DNA of 64,000 bases, from NCBI GenBank assembly GCA_951406725.2, contig OX597823.1, positions 36,270,001 through 36,334,000 on the forward strand. Reading direction: 5' to 3'. Positions within the stretch are counted from its first letter, which is position 1. The number at the start of each line of letters is the position of its first letter. The position numbers were made by a program, and so were the translations under genes. Positions 1 through 12,311 of the stretch are shown in pieces. Origin of the DNA: Octopus vulgaris (Eukaryota). Under the pieces are notes generated by a model. The model worked only from the letters and a program-made list of their open reading frames with translations, was not told the origin of the DNA and did no database searches.

Positions 1-52
1 AAAATGCGTGCTGATGACCCATGGCGTGGGGAGGGGACTTCCAGAAAATGAA

Positions 53-349
53 CAAGATCCGATTTTTCTGTCATAAATTCGGGTAAAATGGATATATATT
101 GATTTTTTTCCCTGTAATCCCACGTTTTTGGTTATGGGGGATCCGATTCTGGAAAAGAAATTTCCAAAAATCGCATTTTCAAAGTTTCATTATGTTATTG
201 CAGTTTTGTGAAATTTTGTAAATGCAATTTTTGAAAAAAATTTTTTTAGAATCAGATCCTCCGTAACCAAAAACATGGGTTTCCCTAAAAAAAAAAAAGA
301 ATCTATATATCCATTTTACCCGAAGTTATGACGGAAAAATCGGATCTTG
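53..349. mobile_element. Fold-back (hairpin) MITE-like element
   Basis: Imperfect inverted arms of ~135 bp (caagatccgattttt...cgggtaaaatggatata / tatatccattttacccg...aaaaatcggatcttg), short loop, TGAA on both sides. Confidence 0.7.
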
Positions 350-979
350 TGAACCAATTTTACTGTTGCACTCTTTTGTACTCAGATTACATTGCACACC
401 CAATGCACCAGAGCATGTTCCATGTTGCCTAGTTAAACCTCTAACCAAAGGTTTTCCAGCACTGACCTCATCTTATTTCATTCAGATAAACTTTCATTTT
501 TAAAGTTGTAGGTTATGATTTGAGTGGGATTTCTAGCAAGTCAAGTAACCACCTAGAATCCTTTCTTGGTTTGTTACTGCTTGTGGTTCATTTCCACAAA
601 CATTCTAGCTATTTTCCATACATAGACGGTGATGATGAGAGGATATTCTTTTTTAACTCCAGCAATTTCCTAAATAAACCCTATCCTTAAAGATTAATTT
701 AGGAGCTAAACTTTATGGCAAATACTTTCTATCGATAGTAACATCAATAACACAAGTTATAAAGTATCAGCTACATTTAAATGCCACTCTGTGATAATAA
801 ATTTTTGTTTTACACATATGGCACGGGCATGTGGAATGTGTAGGACAATGAAATGGTTGAAGATTCTTCCATTGGGCAAGTATTTACTGCTATAGGTTTA
901 AACTGACCAAAAGCTTATGAGTGGATTTCGTAGGGTGTGTGTATATGTATATATATATGTTTATGTATATATGTATGTT

Positions 980-1245
980 ATCGCCACAGATGGAGGAAGC
1001 AGGTTAAGGAGGGGGTTGACACTTTTGTGAGAGCACGTATTGGCATGAAGAACTTAAGTATGCTGCTCGAAAGCGCACTGCTGGTGTAGTGAATGAGGAA
1101 AGCTTGGTTTGCAATGTTTGCAGTCATGTATGCTTGTCAAGAGCAGGGCTCATTAGCCACCAGTGGATCTGCAAATACAAAATATAAGTTTGTCCTGAAG
1201 GTCAGCAGTGGTCTTCTTCAATCACGAGTGGATGGCCATCATCAT
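980..1245 (+). mobile_element. 3' fragment of an RTE (BovB/AviRTE-like) LINE
   Basis: Reads ..WRKQVKEGV.. then (frameshift) LVCNVCSHVCLSRAGLISHQWIC, the C-terminal Cys/His motif of this RTE group; ends in (CAT)n. Confidence 0.6.
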
Positions 1246-1294
1246 GTATGTATATATATATATATGTATGAATATGTATGTATATGTATGTATG

Positions 1295-1344
<50 letters not shown>

Positions 1345-1686
1345 GGCATAGGAGTGGTTGTGTGGTAAGTAGCTTGCTTATGAACCACATGGTTCTGGGT
1401 TCAGTCCCACTGCGTGGCACCTTGGGTAAGTGTCTTCTACTATAGCCTCGGGCCGACCAAAGCCTTGTGAGTGGATTTGGTAGACGGAAACTGAAAGAAG
1501 CCCGTTGTATATATGTATATATGTGTGTGTCTGTGTTTGTCCCCCCAACATCGCTTGACAACCGATGCTGGTGTGTTTATGTCCCCGTAACTTAGCGGTT
1601 CGGCAAAAGAGACCGATAGAATAAGTACAAGGCTTACAAAGTATAAGTCCTGGGGTCGATTTGCTTGACTAAAGGTGGTGCTCCAA
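1345..1686 (+). mobile_element. tRNA-derived SINE
   Basis: A-box-like gtggttgtgtggtaag, B-box-like ggttcagtccc, body caccttgggtaagtgtcttctactatagcc; same head recurs at ~19575, 28524 and (minus) ~38660, ~46990. Confidence 0.8.
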
Positions 1687-1780
1687 GTAAAAGTGAAACA
1701 AGTAAAAGAGAGTAAAGAGTATATGTATGTAAGCATGTATATATATATATACACATACACATATATATGTATGTATGTAT

Positions 1781-1978
1781 GGCGCCTGTGCGGGTGGCAT
1801 GTAAAAAGCACCCACTACACTCGCGGAGTGGTTGGTGTTAGGAAGGGCATCCAGCCATAGAAACACTGCCAGATCAGACTGGGCCTGATGCAGCCTTCTG
1901 GCTTCACAGACCCCAGTTGAACCGTCCAACCCATGCTAGCATGGAAAGCGGATGCTAAATGATGATGATGATGATGAT
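1781..1978 (+). mobile_element. RTE LINE 3' UTR/tail fragment
   Basis: Matches the 3' end of the RTE at 43003-44087 (ggaagggcatccagc...ccatgctagcatggaaagcgg...(GAT)n). Confidence 0.85.
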
Positions 1979-1983
1979 ATATA

Positions 1984-2317
1984 GGTGCATGGCTCAGTGG
2001 TTAGAGCGTTGAGCTTACGATCATGAGGTTGTGAGCTCGAATCCTGGACCAGGCTGCATGTTGTGTTCTTGAGCAAGACACTTTATTTCACTTTGCTCCA
2101 GTTCACTCAGCTGTAGAAATGAGTTGCGATGTTACAGGTGCCAAGCTGTATCGGCCTTTGCCTTTCCCTTGGATAACACTGGTGGCATGGAGAGGGGAGG
2201 CCGGTATGCATGGGTGACTGCTGGTCTTCCATAAACAACCTAGCCCGGACTTGTACCTGGGAGGGTAACTTTCTAGGTGCAATCCCATGGTCTGTGTCGT
2301 GACCGAAGGGGGTCTCA
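1984..2317 (+). mobile_element. Second tRNA-derived SINE family
   Basis: A box TGGCTCAGTGG, B-box-like gctcgaatcc, central tgtgttcttgagcaagacactt motif. Confidence 0.75.
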
Positions 2318-2345
2318 GATATGTATATATGTATGTATATATGTA

Positions 2346-2752
2346 TGGAGGGTGTTTATTGGACACCCTGCGGGATGAAAAACAAAACCCGTCAAAGGGC
2401 GGAGGAACTCTTGAGAGTCAACGGCCATCCAATAAATGACTTAGGGCTGTATCATGTGCGGGGACATAGAAATAATTGGACTGAATACCCGATCGCGCGG
2501 TTAAACCATTGGGAGTGAAGGACTCCTAGCCTTTGTTAGGGCATTCTTCTAGGAGAAGGTAACTCAGGTAACTGGGATAACTCCGACATAAAACCTGCGG
2601 CTCAGTGGTTACCGATGATGTTGACTTGTTCTTCTTTTCGGATTATGGCTGCTGTTGCTTAGTGAGTGAGATTGACTCAGTGCACAGCCTTTCCTCACTT
2701 TAAAAAAAAAGTTTCGTGCAATGGTCATACTCGATAACGAGGGGGCAGCCAC
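2346..2752 (+). repeat. Probable interspersed repeat resembling an RTE-type 5' UTR
   Basis: CpG-containing block between microsatellites with ctaggagaaggtaactc...aaacc motif; family assignment from recall only. Confidence 0.35.
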
Positions 2753-3123
2753 CATGTATGTATGTATGTATGCATGTATGTATGTATATATGTATGTATA
2801 TATATGTGTATGTATGTTTGTATACATATATGTATGTGTGTTTACACATGTACATTTATTTCTGCTCATCTACATTTGTGTATGCTGGTTGTAAGCAGTG
2901 ACCTTGCTGTTTATGTGAACAGGTTGTTTGAGTACAATTTTCTGTGTAATAATGTATGAGCTATTGTTTGATAGATTGGGAGATTATTATCTCGCTTTGA
3001 AACTGCTGGGGTTGGTGTTAGGAAAGGCATCTAGATGCAAGCATAGTAAAGTAAGTGTTGATAGCCTCTTATTTTGTATATGCCTACAATAAAAATCCAT
3101 TGTTTTCTGCAACTATTTTTTAG

Positions 3124-3220
3124 GGTGCACCAGTATCCTGAAGCCCTGCCAGCCATTGACTTTGCACAGTATAAGAAGCTGTTACCCAATCCAGCTATAG
3201 TGGATGCTTTTGAAAAGAAT
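3124..3220 (+). CDS. ATP5PD: ATP5PD internal exon (97 nt)
   Basis: ttttttag|G GTG CAC CAG...AAG AAT|gtgagt. Confidence 0.92.
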
Positions 3221-6200
3221 GTGAGTATTTTAAATAATTTTTCATTCTTACAAACCATTGTTAGCTCAGTTCAGCAACTGTTTCTTAACCTATAAACCTT
3301 TCTTCATAATTTTCACTGTTGCTTTTTAAGATTGGCTAATGTTACTTCCCTCAACTTCCAACCCATACTGATTGAGCTAACTATCTTCCCTTACAATTTA
3401 TTCCCATTATTATCTGTCAATTGTCTCTACTTAGGGTCCTCAACTGAGCCACTTAGCTATTCATACAACCAGCTGACAAATTTGGCTTTTCTATATTTGA
3501 CTTGTCGTGGCTGATTCCACTCAATTCTGACGTTGTCTACAGTAGTCATTGACCTACATGTTGTACTAGATGGGCTTAAATTACGATTCTGGGCAGTGTC
3601 ATAAGTGTGGAATTGGTAAGTGATGTTATTGTTTGCAGTGTTGAGTTAAATTCTACCAATATGAAAAACTACTTGAATTGACCAGTGTCTTCTCCAGGGA
3701 AATATTTATCTCTCCTCTTGATACTATAAAAACTGTATGTAAAATAAGAATAATCTTTTACTACCTCTCTGTTCCTGTTATAATAATATGTCTGTCTTTG
3801 TTTTTTTCCATCCACCACACACTTCTTTATTTCTATTCTCTGTTAAGTACTTAATATTTATCAAGTAAATTTCTATATGTTTGAGTAATCTGCCAGAAAT
3901 AACAGGCAAATTTCCTCTTAAACTATACCATACTATCTTAAAAAGAGGATACATTCTGTAATGTATTCCTTCATAACAATATCTACAAAAAGACAGATAA
4001 GATAGCCATGGTTGGAATACTTTTCGATATCCAAAGCCGATCTGGATTTATACAACAACAACAACAACAATATTTACAGTAAAAGAAGTGTCTAGTTGTG
4101 TCAACCTCTACAGAATGTTCAAGCTAAATTTCAGTAACAGCTTGATGTATTTGTGAACAGTCAAAGGCATTGGAGAGTCTAAAGATTAAAGTTGTAGGTG
4201 AGAAAAAGTTAGCTGACATGGAAGAATGGAAGCCATTTGAACATTGGAAAAGTGTTACCTGTATCATGATATAGAGTATCAAAATACTGACTGCTGCTCA
4301 ATACTCTGTGCACACTGTAAAGGCTGTAAGATGTGACATGGACAGCTACAACAGAAACTATGAAGCTGTGGTCAGCAAGAAGGAAATGCAGCAGGTGTTC
4401 TCGCTATGTCTGCACACTGGAATTCATCAAATAACTGCAGCACAAGGTGATGGAAGATCCGAGCAAGAGAATCTGTGCTTTGGTGAGAGAGATGGGTGTT
4501 GGAGATGCCACCATGAAGCTGGCTCTGAATGAAGAACTTTGGTGCCACTCATACGAGACACACGAGGGAAAAATTCTGACATCCAAGAACTGCTTGGCAA
4601 AAGGAAAAGAAACTCCTAATCAAACTGGGGTTGATCTGGTTCTTCTCAATGGAAAGAACTTCTACCAAGACTAGCTGCATTGAGAACAACAGGTGGCTTG
4701 CCTATGATATATCATGAACACCAAGTTCCCCCAAACTGTGATGGCTTTTGGGTGTGTTGCACGTGAGGATGACATCATTCTGCTCCACATCTTTAAATAG
4801 GGCATTAGGCTCGATTCAGATAGCTATGTGAAACTGCTGGAAGACCATATGTGTGGCAGCAGGATTTGGCTCCTTGTCACACTTTTGGAAAGTGTCAGAA
4901 GTGGTTGTTGGAGAATTTCTGTGACTTTACCAGCTCCAATTTCTGGCCTCCTAATTCCCTCCATTGTAATCTCATGGATTACTATTTGTGGAGTATAGTT
5001 GAGAAAGGCACTAACAGCTCTGCGTACAACACGATGGCTGAGCTGGTGGTCAAAATCAAGGAGGTGTTTGAAGATCTTCTTAGGGTCAGAATGAGAAATG
5101 CATGCACCAGGTTCTGGAGCTGTCTTGAGGCTGTGGTGAAAGCTGAATGTGGCTACTTTGAGTAAACTGTTATCTCTCAGCTATAATCTTGTTGATATTT
5201 AATAATTTTAAAAAAATACTTTTATTTTTGGATGGGATATTGTTTTCATTTCCTCTTATGCAAACTGTCAAATTTAACCCAAACAACTTGTAGTGACTAG
5301 GGTTAGATATGAAATGACAGCCACATGTTTGGTCACCTGATGATTTCACTAAAGTTTCATTTCCTGGGTATTCATGGTCAACCTACTTTAGCTTGTATCC
5401 TTTAACCCTGGTACTATTCAACAGGAGTTATGTTCTTTCAGTTGTAATTTTACTTAGTCTGTTATTTTTTCTTTTTGTTTTGTTCCAGTACAAGGCACTA
5501 TCTGTACCCTACCCAACAGATAAAGACAAGGTGCTTGATGCAGTGACAAAAGAGGAAGCCACGGTTGTAAGTATTCTTATATTTTTTCTCTAATTAATCT
5601 TGATGTTGTTAATGACATGTGGGTGGGAAGGAGGGCAGGTGTACCGCGAACTAGCAAGTTAAGACGAGAGCATCTTCTGGATATGTATTTTTTCGGCGGT
5701 GGTATTAAAAATCAAGTAGGGGAATCCGAGTGCGTGAGCTAGTTTACATAAGGTGGTGGTGGTGGTGGTGGTGGTGGAGGAGGAAGTCTTGGCGAAGCTA
5801 GTGGTAATCGAAAGAGAGACAGAGACAGGCAGAGTGAGGCCGAGACGGAGACAGTGTGAGGCTGAGAGAGAGAGACAGAGTGAGGCCGAGAGAGAGAGAC
5901 AGATTGAGCCGGAGAGTGAGTAGGGGTAGTGGTCAGAACACGAGGGAGAAAAATATTCTTTTGGGATTTGTGTAGCAAAATTTAATGAGATGGCAAATGT
6001 TGATAATAGTAAAACAGAATTGAAAAATCTGAGAGTTTTCGGTCAGCCAATCTGAGACAAAATTAGAGAAATAAGTGACTGTGTGATAAACTTGATCAAT
6101 GAATGAATGAATATGTTGCATCATCATCATTTAATGTCCGTTCTCCATGCTAGCATGGGTTGGACGGTTCAACCGGGGATCTGGGAAGCCAGAAGGCTGC

Positions 6201-9200
6201 ACCAGGCTCCGGTCTTATCTGGCAAAGTTTCTACAGCTGGATGCCCTTCCTAACGCCAACCACTCCGTGAGTGTAGTGGGTGCTTTTTACGTGCCACCTG
6301 CACTGGTGCCAGGCGAGGCTGGCATCGGCCACGGTCGGATTGGTGCATTTTATGGAAGCCAGTCAAGGCGGCGCTGGCATCGGCCACAATTCGGATGGTG
6401 CGGTTAACGAAATGCATGAACTAAGGTTATCTTAATTCAACAACAAGGAAGATGAAACTATTGAAACTATATTTACATGATGACATATTACTGAAATGGA
6501 CAGAATAATGAAAAGAACTAATAAGGGGTTTATGATCTGCACAGAAATAGAAGAGTAGATGAACGAGGTTGAAAAGACAAAACTTCTTATCTGAGCATCT
6601 TCTGAGATTCGTATTCTTCGACCGAATTCTGCTTGTTGTTCCATTACTTAGTCTGTCAGTAATGCTTTCATGTGATTAGAGAAAAATAGGGAGAGAGAAG
6701 TGTCCATGATGTGAGGTAGAGGATATGTAATTGTAATGCTTTCACATGATTGGTTGAGGGGAAGGAGAGAATATAGAAAAAGGAGAGAGAAAAAAGAAGA
6801 GTGAGATTGAAAGAGGGAAAAAGAAAAAGATGGAGTGAGAAGAAAAGGGAGAGAGAAGAATCCATGACACGAGGTAGGGGGAATGTAATATTTATTGATG
6901 GTTAAAAAAGTTAGTTAAAGGCAGTGATGATATAGAGGAGGAGAGTTAAAGATATAATTTTAGCTGAGAGGTGATGTTCTGGTGGTGAGGTTAAAGAAAG
7001 GCACAGAGAGAAATGATGATGGTGTTGGTGGTTGTGATTGGATAGTGAAAAGTGTATTTTTAAAAAATTGAACTAAGTTTTTTATATCACCTATCTCTTA
7101 ACTCATGCGCATAAGGGCAATTCTGTGAAATATTCATGCTTATTTATGTGGCAGATATATGCAATTTAACTAAAGATTGTATCATGTATGGGATATTTTT
7201 ATTTGCTTATGGCTAAAATGGAAATATTTATGAGTACTGTGTATTAAGCCTATAAAATTGTGCATAAAGTATCTAAAGTGCATTAAGTAATCATTGTATT
7301 CCAATTTCTTGGACTTTTCAGTGAGTAGCAGATGAGTGACTATCTTTCAATACAGTCACAACACAGGTTATTCTTTTAGGTTTTTTTTTGATAAAGTTTT
7401 TAGAAATAACGCAATACATTTACCATTAATTTTGTGAAATATTCATTAATCCAACAAAAGGTATTTTAATTCCTGAAGAGATATATACAAAACAAAGTAT
7501 ATTTTGCCAGACAAGTAATTATGGATTAGATATTTTGTGTGTGTGTTTATATATAATGGCTTTATTTCAGTGAAAAATCAGTGCTTTTTGAATGTAGTAG
7601 AGTTGTTGTCATTAGTGATCTAGGGTGATTTGGTGTCCCATTGGGAACTTGTCACCATTAATATTGCTGTCGTTCATAGATTGTAGTCTGAAGGAAATTA
7701 TCAGTTTTTATTGGGTTGTTCCTGTTAGCTATGAATAGACAAAGCAGGGAGGTAGCACATCCCATGTTTTAGCTTACTTTCACAACCCAGTATATTTAAA
7801 TACAACAAATGTATTCATTTAGAATGGACTTTTATTTCTATTTTGTTGACAGTCTTTTTCTTTTAATCCTCTTTTCAGAATGAATCCATCAAAGACCAAG
7901 TTGCTGAGTTCCAGAGAATGGCCGCTGATGCCCAGCTGATGGTAAGTTATCAACATAATTATATTATTTGTTTACATTGACATAGTCTAACCCATGATGG
8001 TAATATTTGTTTCAATTTCTACACCATTTGAGTGGTGGACTTAATCCATTGCCTTTTGGATGCTGTTAGTTTGTTTTCAGCCTGAAAATATCTAGATCTT
8101 TTTTCCTCTTCCTTCTGTTCCCCATTAAGATCTCCACCTAACATGTTCACAAGCTCCGTATTACATCTGTTCCTGGGCCAGATCCTCCTCTACAGTCCTC
8201 AGTCAGATTTTGATAAGTCTGCTTCACTGCCTACCACTGGTCTCTTATGAACATATGTAACTTGTAGTTGAACATTTTACAGTGACAGTATCCAACAAGA
8301 TACTCAGCCCTTGATGCTTTTCACAACTACTTCATTTGTGATGCGGTTACACTAAGAAATTCTTAGAGGCTTGAAGCAACATCTTTTGAAGACTTCTGCA
8401 CTGTAAGAAATTCTGCTCATCTTTTTTACATGTTTTGCAAGCATAGGTTGCCATTGGCATTACAATGGCTGTAGATAGATAGCGTTTGATGCCTAAACCC
8501 TACAAACTTCAGGTACTGGAAGATAGCTGTAGCTTTACCATGTCTCTTTTTTTTTTACATCAAATTCAAGTTGCCATTGTTTGTAATGTCACTGCTCAGT
8601 GAAGGCATCTCCAGAGTCTGACCTTTCAGTCAAACTAGTTTCTGCTATGTCTTTTGTCTTTTCATTATTGATTTAGAAGATCAACCTTTGATCAACTATT
8701 GTTGCTAAAACAAGTGGTCATGTCTTGTATGGACTGTAGATGTGATATTCAAGAATCCTAGATCATTCAGGAAGTCAAGGTCTGTGAATTTTCACTGTCC
8801 CCATTTGTTGTCTGTGTTGGACCTCCATAGACTTTCTCATGGTGAAATTCACCATTATCAGGAACAAAAATGCTTAGCGATATTTCGTCTGTCTTTACAT
8901 ACTGAGTTCATATTCCTCTGAGGTCAACTTTGCCTTTCATCCTTACGGGGGCGATAAATTAAGTACCAGTTGTGTACTGGGGTCGATCTAATTGACTGGC
9001 CCCCTCTCCCTAAATTTTGGGCCTTGTACTTAGAGTAGAAAAGATATCAAGCTGGCTACTTGATACTGTGCCATGATCTTTCATAGAGATTCCCTGTGTA
9101 TGTTCTTGACAACCTTCTTGAGGATTTGTTTACTGCATGACCATCTGCTCCTGAATCCTACATGTGCCTCCCGTAAATGTTCATCAACTCCTTCTTCAGG

Positions 9201-12200
9201 CAGGTAAGAAACACAGTGTGGGACATTTTATCAGAGCCAGATAACTGGACTATACTGTGCCATTTGTTGCAATCATATACAGCTCCTTTCTTGGGCAATG
9301 TTACTACCATTCTATTCATTCAGGTCTCAGTGACTGCCTCTAATGCAAAGGTATGACAATTCTTTTGTGGTGACATTCTCTCCATGCTGAATTGGGTCCA
9401 CAGTTACCTTGTGCAGCTCTGCTTTCTTGTTCTTCAGGAAATGAATGACTTTGGTGACCTCTCTGTTGATATATCTTTATCTGTCATTTGCAGGGGATTT
9501 GTCTAAGGAGTCTCTTGGTTGAAGAGGTAAACCAGGTTCAGCTGAGAAGGCTTTTTATTTTTAAACTTTCTAGGTCTGGAAAAAAGAGCAGTGTCACAGC
9601 TTTGTCCCCCACCCTCCTGGACCGGTGAGGTTGAGATTGTTAATGTTCCTCTTGAACCTTAGTAAGTCAACACCAGCTGGAAGGACATGAACAGAGGGGA
9701 AATCCAGAGAGACTGGGTGTTGGGTGGCTAGACAGAGCAAGGATGATGAAAGTGTCGGAAATGTCTGGATGGAGGTGTTGTGAGCCCACCCAGCTGCAAG
9801 GAGCAAAGGCTATTATAGTAGTGGTAAAAAAGACAGAGAGAGGAGATAGCAGACTTGTGGGCCAGAAGCTGGAGTTTGTGAGTGACTTAATGCCACTGGC
9901 TGGAGAGGATATTCAAAATATTAATGAACACTTAATGTTAGATAATCCTTTTCTATCTCCTTTGGAGATTTCTCTCAAATATATAATAATTTTTTTCAAA
10001 CATTATTTATCCAGATTATTTTAATAAGGAAATATAGATGTTAACTCATTGACTAAGCAGGTTCTGATTCATTATGAAATATCTAAGATTACTGAGGGAC
10101 TTGAAACTTGGCATTTTTGGAGTCATTACAGCCTGGTAATATTGACATAATTATTAAATGTTATATTTCAAAATACAATTATCAAATATATTTCATCTGT
10201 TTTCCTTGCTGGCATGGGTTGGCTGGTTTGACAGGAGCTAGCAAGCTAGAAGACTGCATCAAGCTCTACTGTCTGTTTTGGATAGTTTTTGCATGGCACC
10301 AGCAACAGAGAGGTTGCCAAATAATGTAAAGACAAGACTCCTCAGTTGAGTGGAGAATAGTATTGAAAGTGATGGTTTTGTGCCAGTTAGAAAGAGGTTA
10401 AAGTATAAATAGAAGGACAGAAATAGGTGCCTGCCTGTAAAAGTGCTACAGGGTTACCTCAGGAGGTGGGAGAAGATGTAGATGTGATGGATGGAGTACA
10501 CTCAAGTGACAGGAGGTGTATATAAGTAAAATAGAACCAAGGATTGGATAGGGTGAATGGGTGGATTAGTTCAGAAGATTGTGAGAGAGTGGGAGGTGGA
10601 GGTGAGGGAATATAGTGAGTGGATACAAATAAAAGGAGTGGATGTTAGGATGATATGTTGTGGGGAAGAAATTCAACAGGGATACATTCTGAGCAAGTGG
10701 GCTCACAAGGATTCAAAGGGACAGTGGGAGGTAGTGAGGAGGGGAATACAGTGAATGGTGAAATCAGGTTGGCTAGGGTGTTAGAAAGATGGATTGTGAG
10801 TTTGCCAGGGACAGATTAAGTACAGGAGCATGGACATAAATGACATGCCTTCATGGCTTCAATTTTACATAGCTGGATGCCTTGCCTCAAGCACTGCAAA
10901 ATACCAATCATTTTGGCCCTTTGTCATTCTATGAGGCTCAACACCTGAAGATCATTTTTCACCAATTTACCCCACATCTTCCTCAGTCTCTCTCTTCCAC
11001 AGGTTCCTTCCATATTTAAGATCGGCATTTCTTCCATTGTAGCTATCTTCATCCATTTGCATCACATTATCATACCAATGTAGTCTTCTCTCTTGCACAC
11101 TACATGGGGTGCTTCTTATACCCAATTTTTCTCTTAAACATACTTAAACTCTGTTGTACATGCATACTGACATTGCACATCCAGTTTCATTTCTTTCAAA
11201 CCTTTGTATGTTCTCTGCAGTCACATCTCGTGTTTCACTATCAGGCAGCATAGCTATTTGTACACAAGCATTGTTGAATCTGCCTCAGTAGAGGTGCTTT
11301 GTTACCAACAAAGATAATAGCTCTTTGGACTTTGCCCAGCTGGTTCTAATTCTAGCAATGATACTTTCAGAGCATCCTCCACTATACTAATTTGGTCATC
11401 TAGGTAATGGAAGCTATCTACTATCTCTAAGGGTCCCTCTGGGCATTAGAGGTAATCTATTTCCAGTGTGTTCTTAGTGTTTATTGGTCCACATTTTCCA
11501 CACACAAAGAGTATTTTTCTGTTAACCTTCCTGTGATTCCACTGCACCTCTTTTGCATCTATAGCTTGTACTGAGTACACCATATGGAATTTCTACCTAC
11601 ATCCTTTCTATGTATCAAACAGGGCTTGCAGGGATTAGTAATTTGTCTACTGTTGTGCTTACTAGTACTTTGGTCTTTGCTAAATTAACTCTAAGGCCCT
11701 TTGATTCTGGGCCTTGCTTCTGTACCTGAAATTTCTTCTCTAATTCTACTATAGCTTCAGCTATAAGAACAAAGTCATCAGTATAGAGAAGCTTCCATGG
11801 GCAACCGATTTTAAATTCTTCTATCATAACCTAAAGGATTATGATAAACAAGAGAGGGCTGGGAACTGAGCCTTGGTAAACTCTTACCTGTGCACTGAAT
11901 TTGTTGCTATATTCGTTACTGACTTTCACATTACAGACAACATCTCTGCACATGGTTTTGGACAGCTTTCACCAGTGACTCATCTACCCATAGCTTCCAC
12001 AGTGACCACCAGAAGAGAGAGAGAGCGATGGACCTTGTCAAAGGTTTTCTCCATATTGGCAAATCCAAGTACAGCAGTTTATATTTGATTAAGCACTTCT
12101 CCTGCTGTTGCCTTACTTGGAAGATAGCAATAGTAGTGCCTCTTCCTGGCACAAAATCAAACTGCATCTCATCTAGTTTAGCTCTCTTCTTAATTAGTTG

Positions 12201-12278
12201 AGCTATGACCCTTTCTGAAACAGATATGATGTGCTTTACAGTTAGTTTAAGGAAATAGAAAATTAATTAAAACTTATT

Positions 12279-12311
<33 letters not shown>

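Noticed and set aside
1984-2060. tRNA gene-like sequences (also at 35545-35618)
   Set aside because: A/B boxes present but no complete cloverleaf or acceptor stem; they continue into SINE bodies.
2346-2752. Possible HDV-like ribozyme in an RTE-type 5' UTR
   Set aside because: Could not build the nested double pseudoknot by eye; needs an RNA motif search.
1093-2959. ORFs rich in YI/CV/HT dipeptides
   Set aside because: Translations of (AT)n, (GT)n and (ATGT)n microsatellites and SINEs, not genes.
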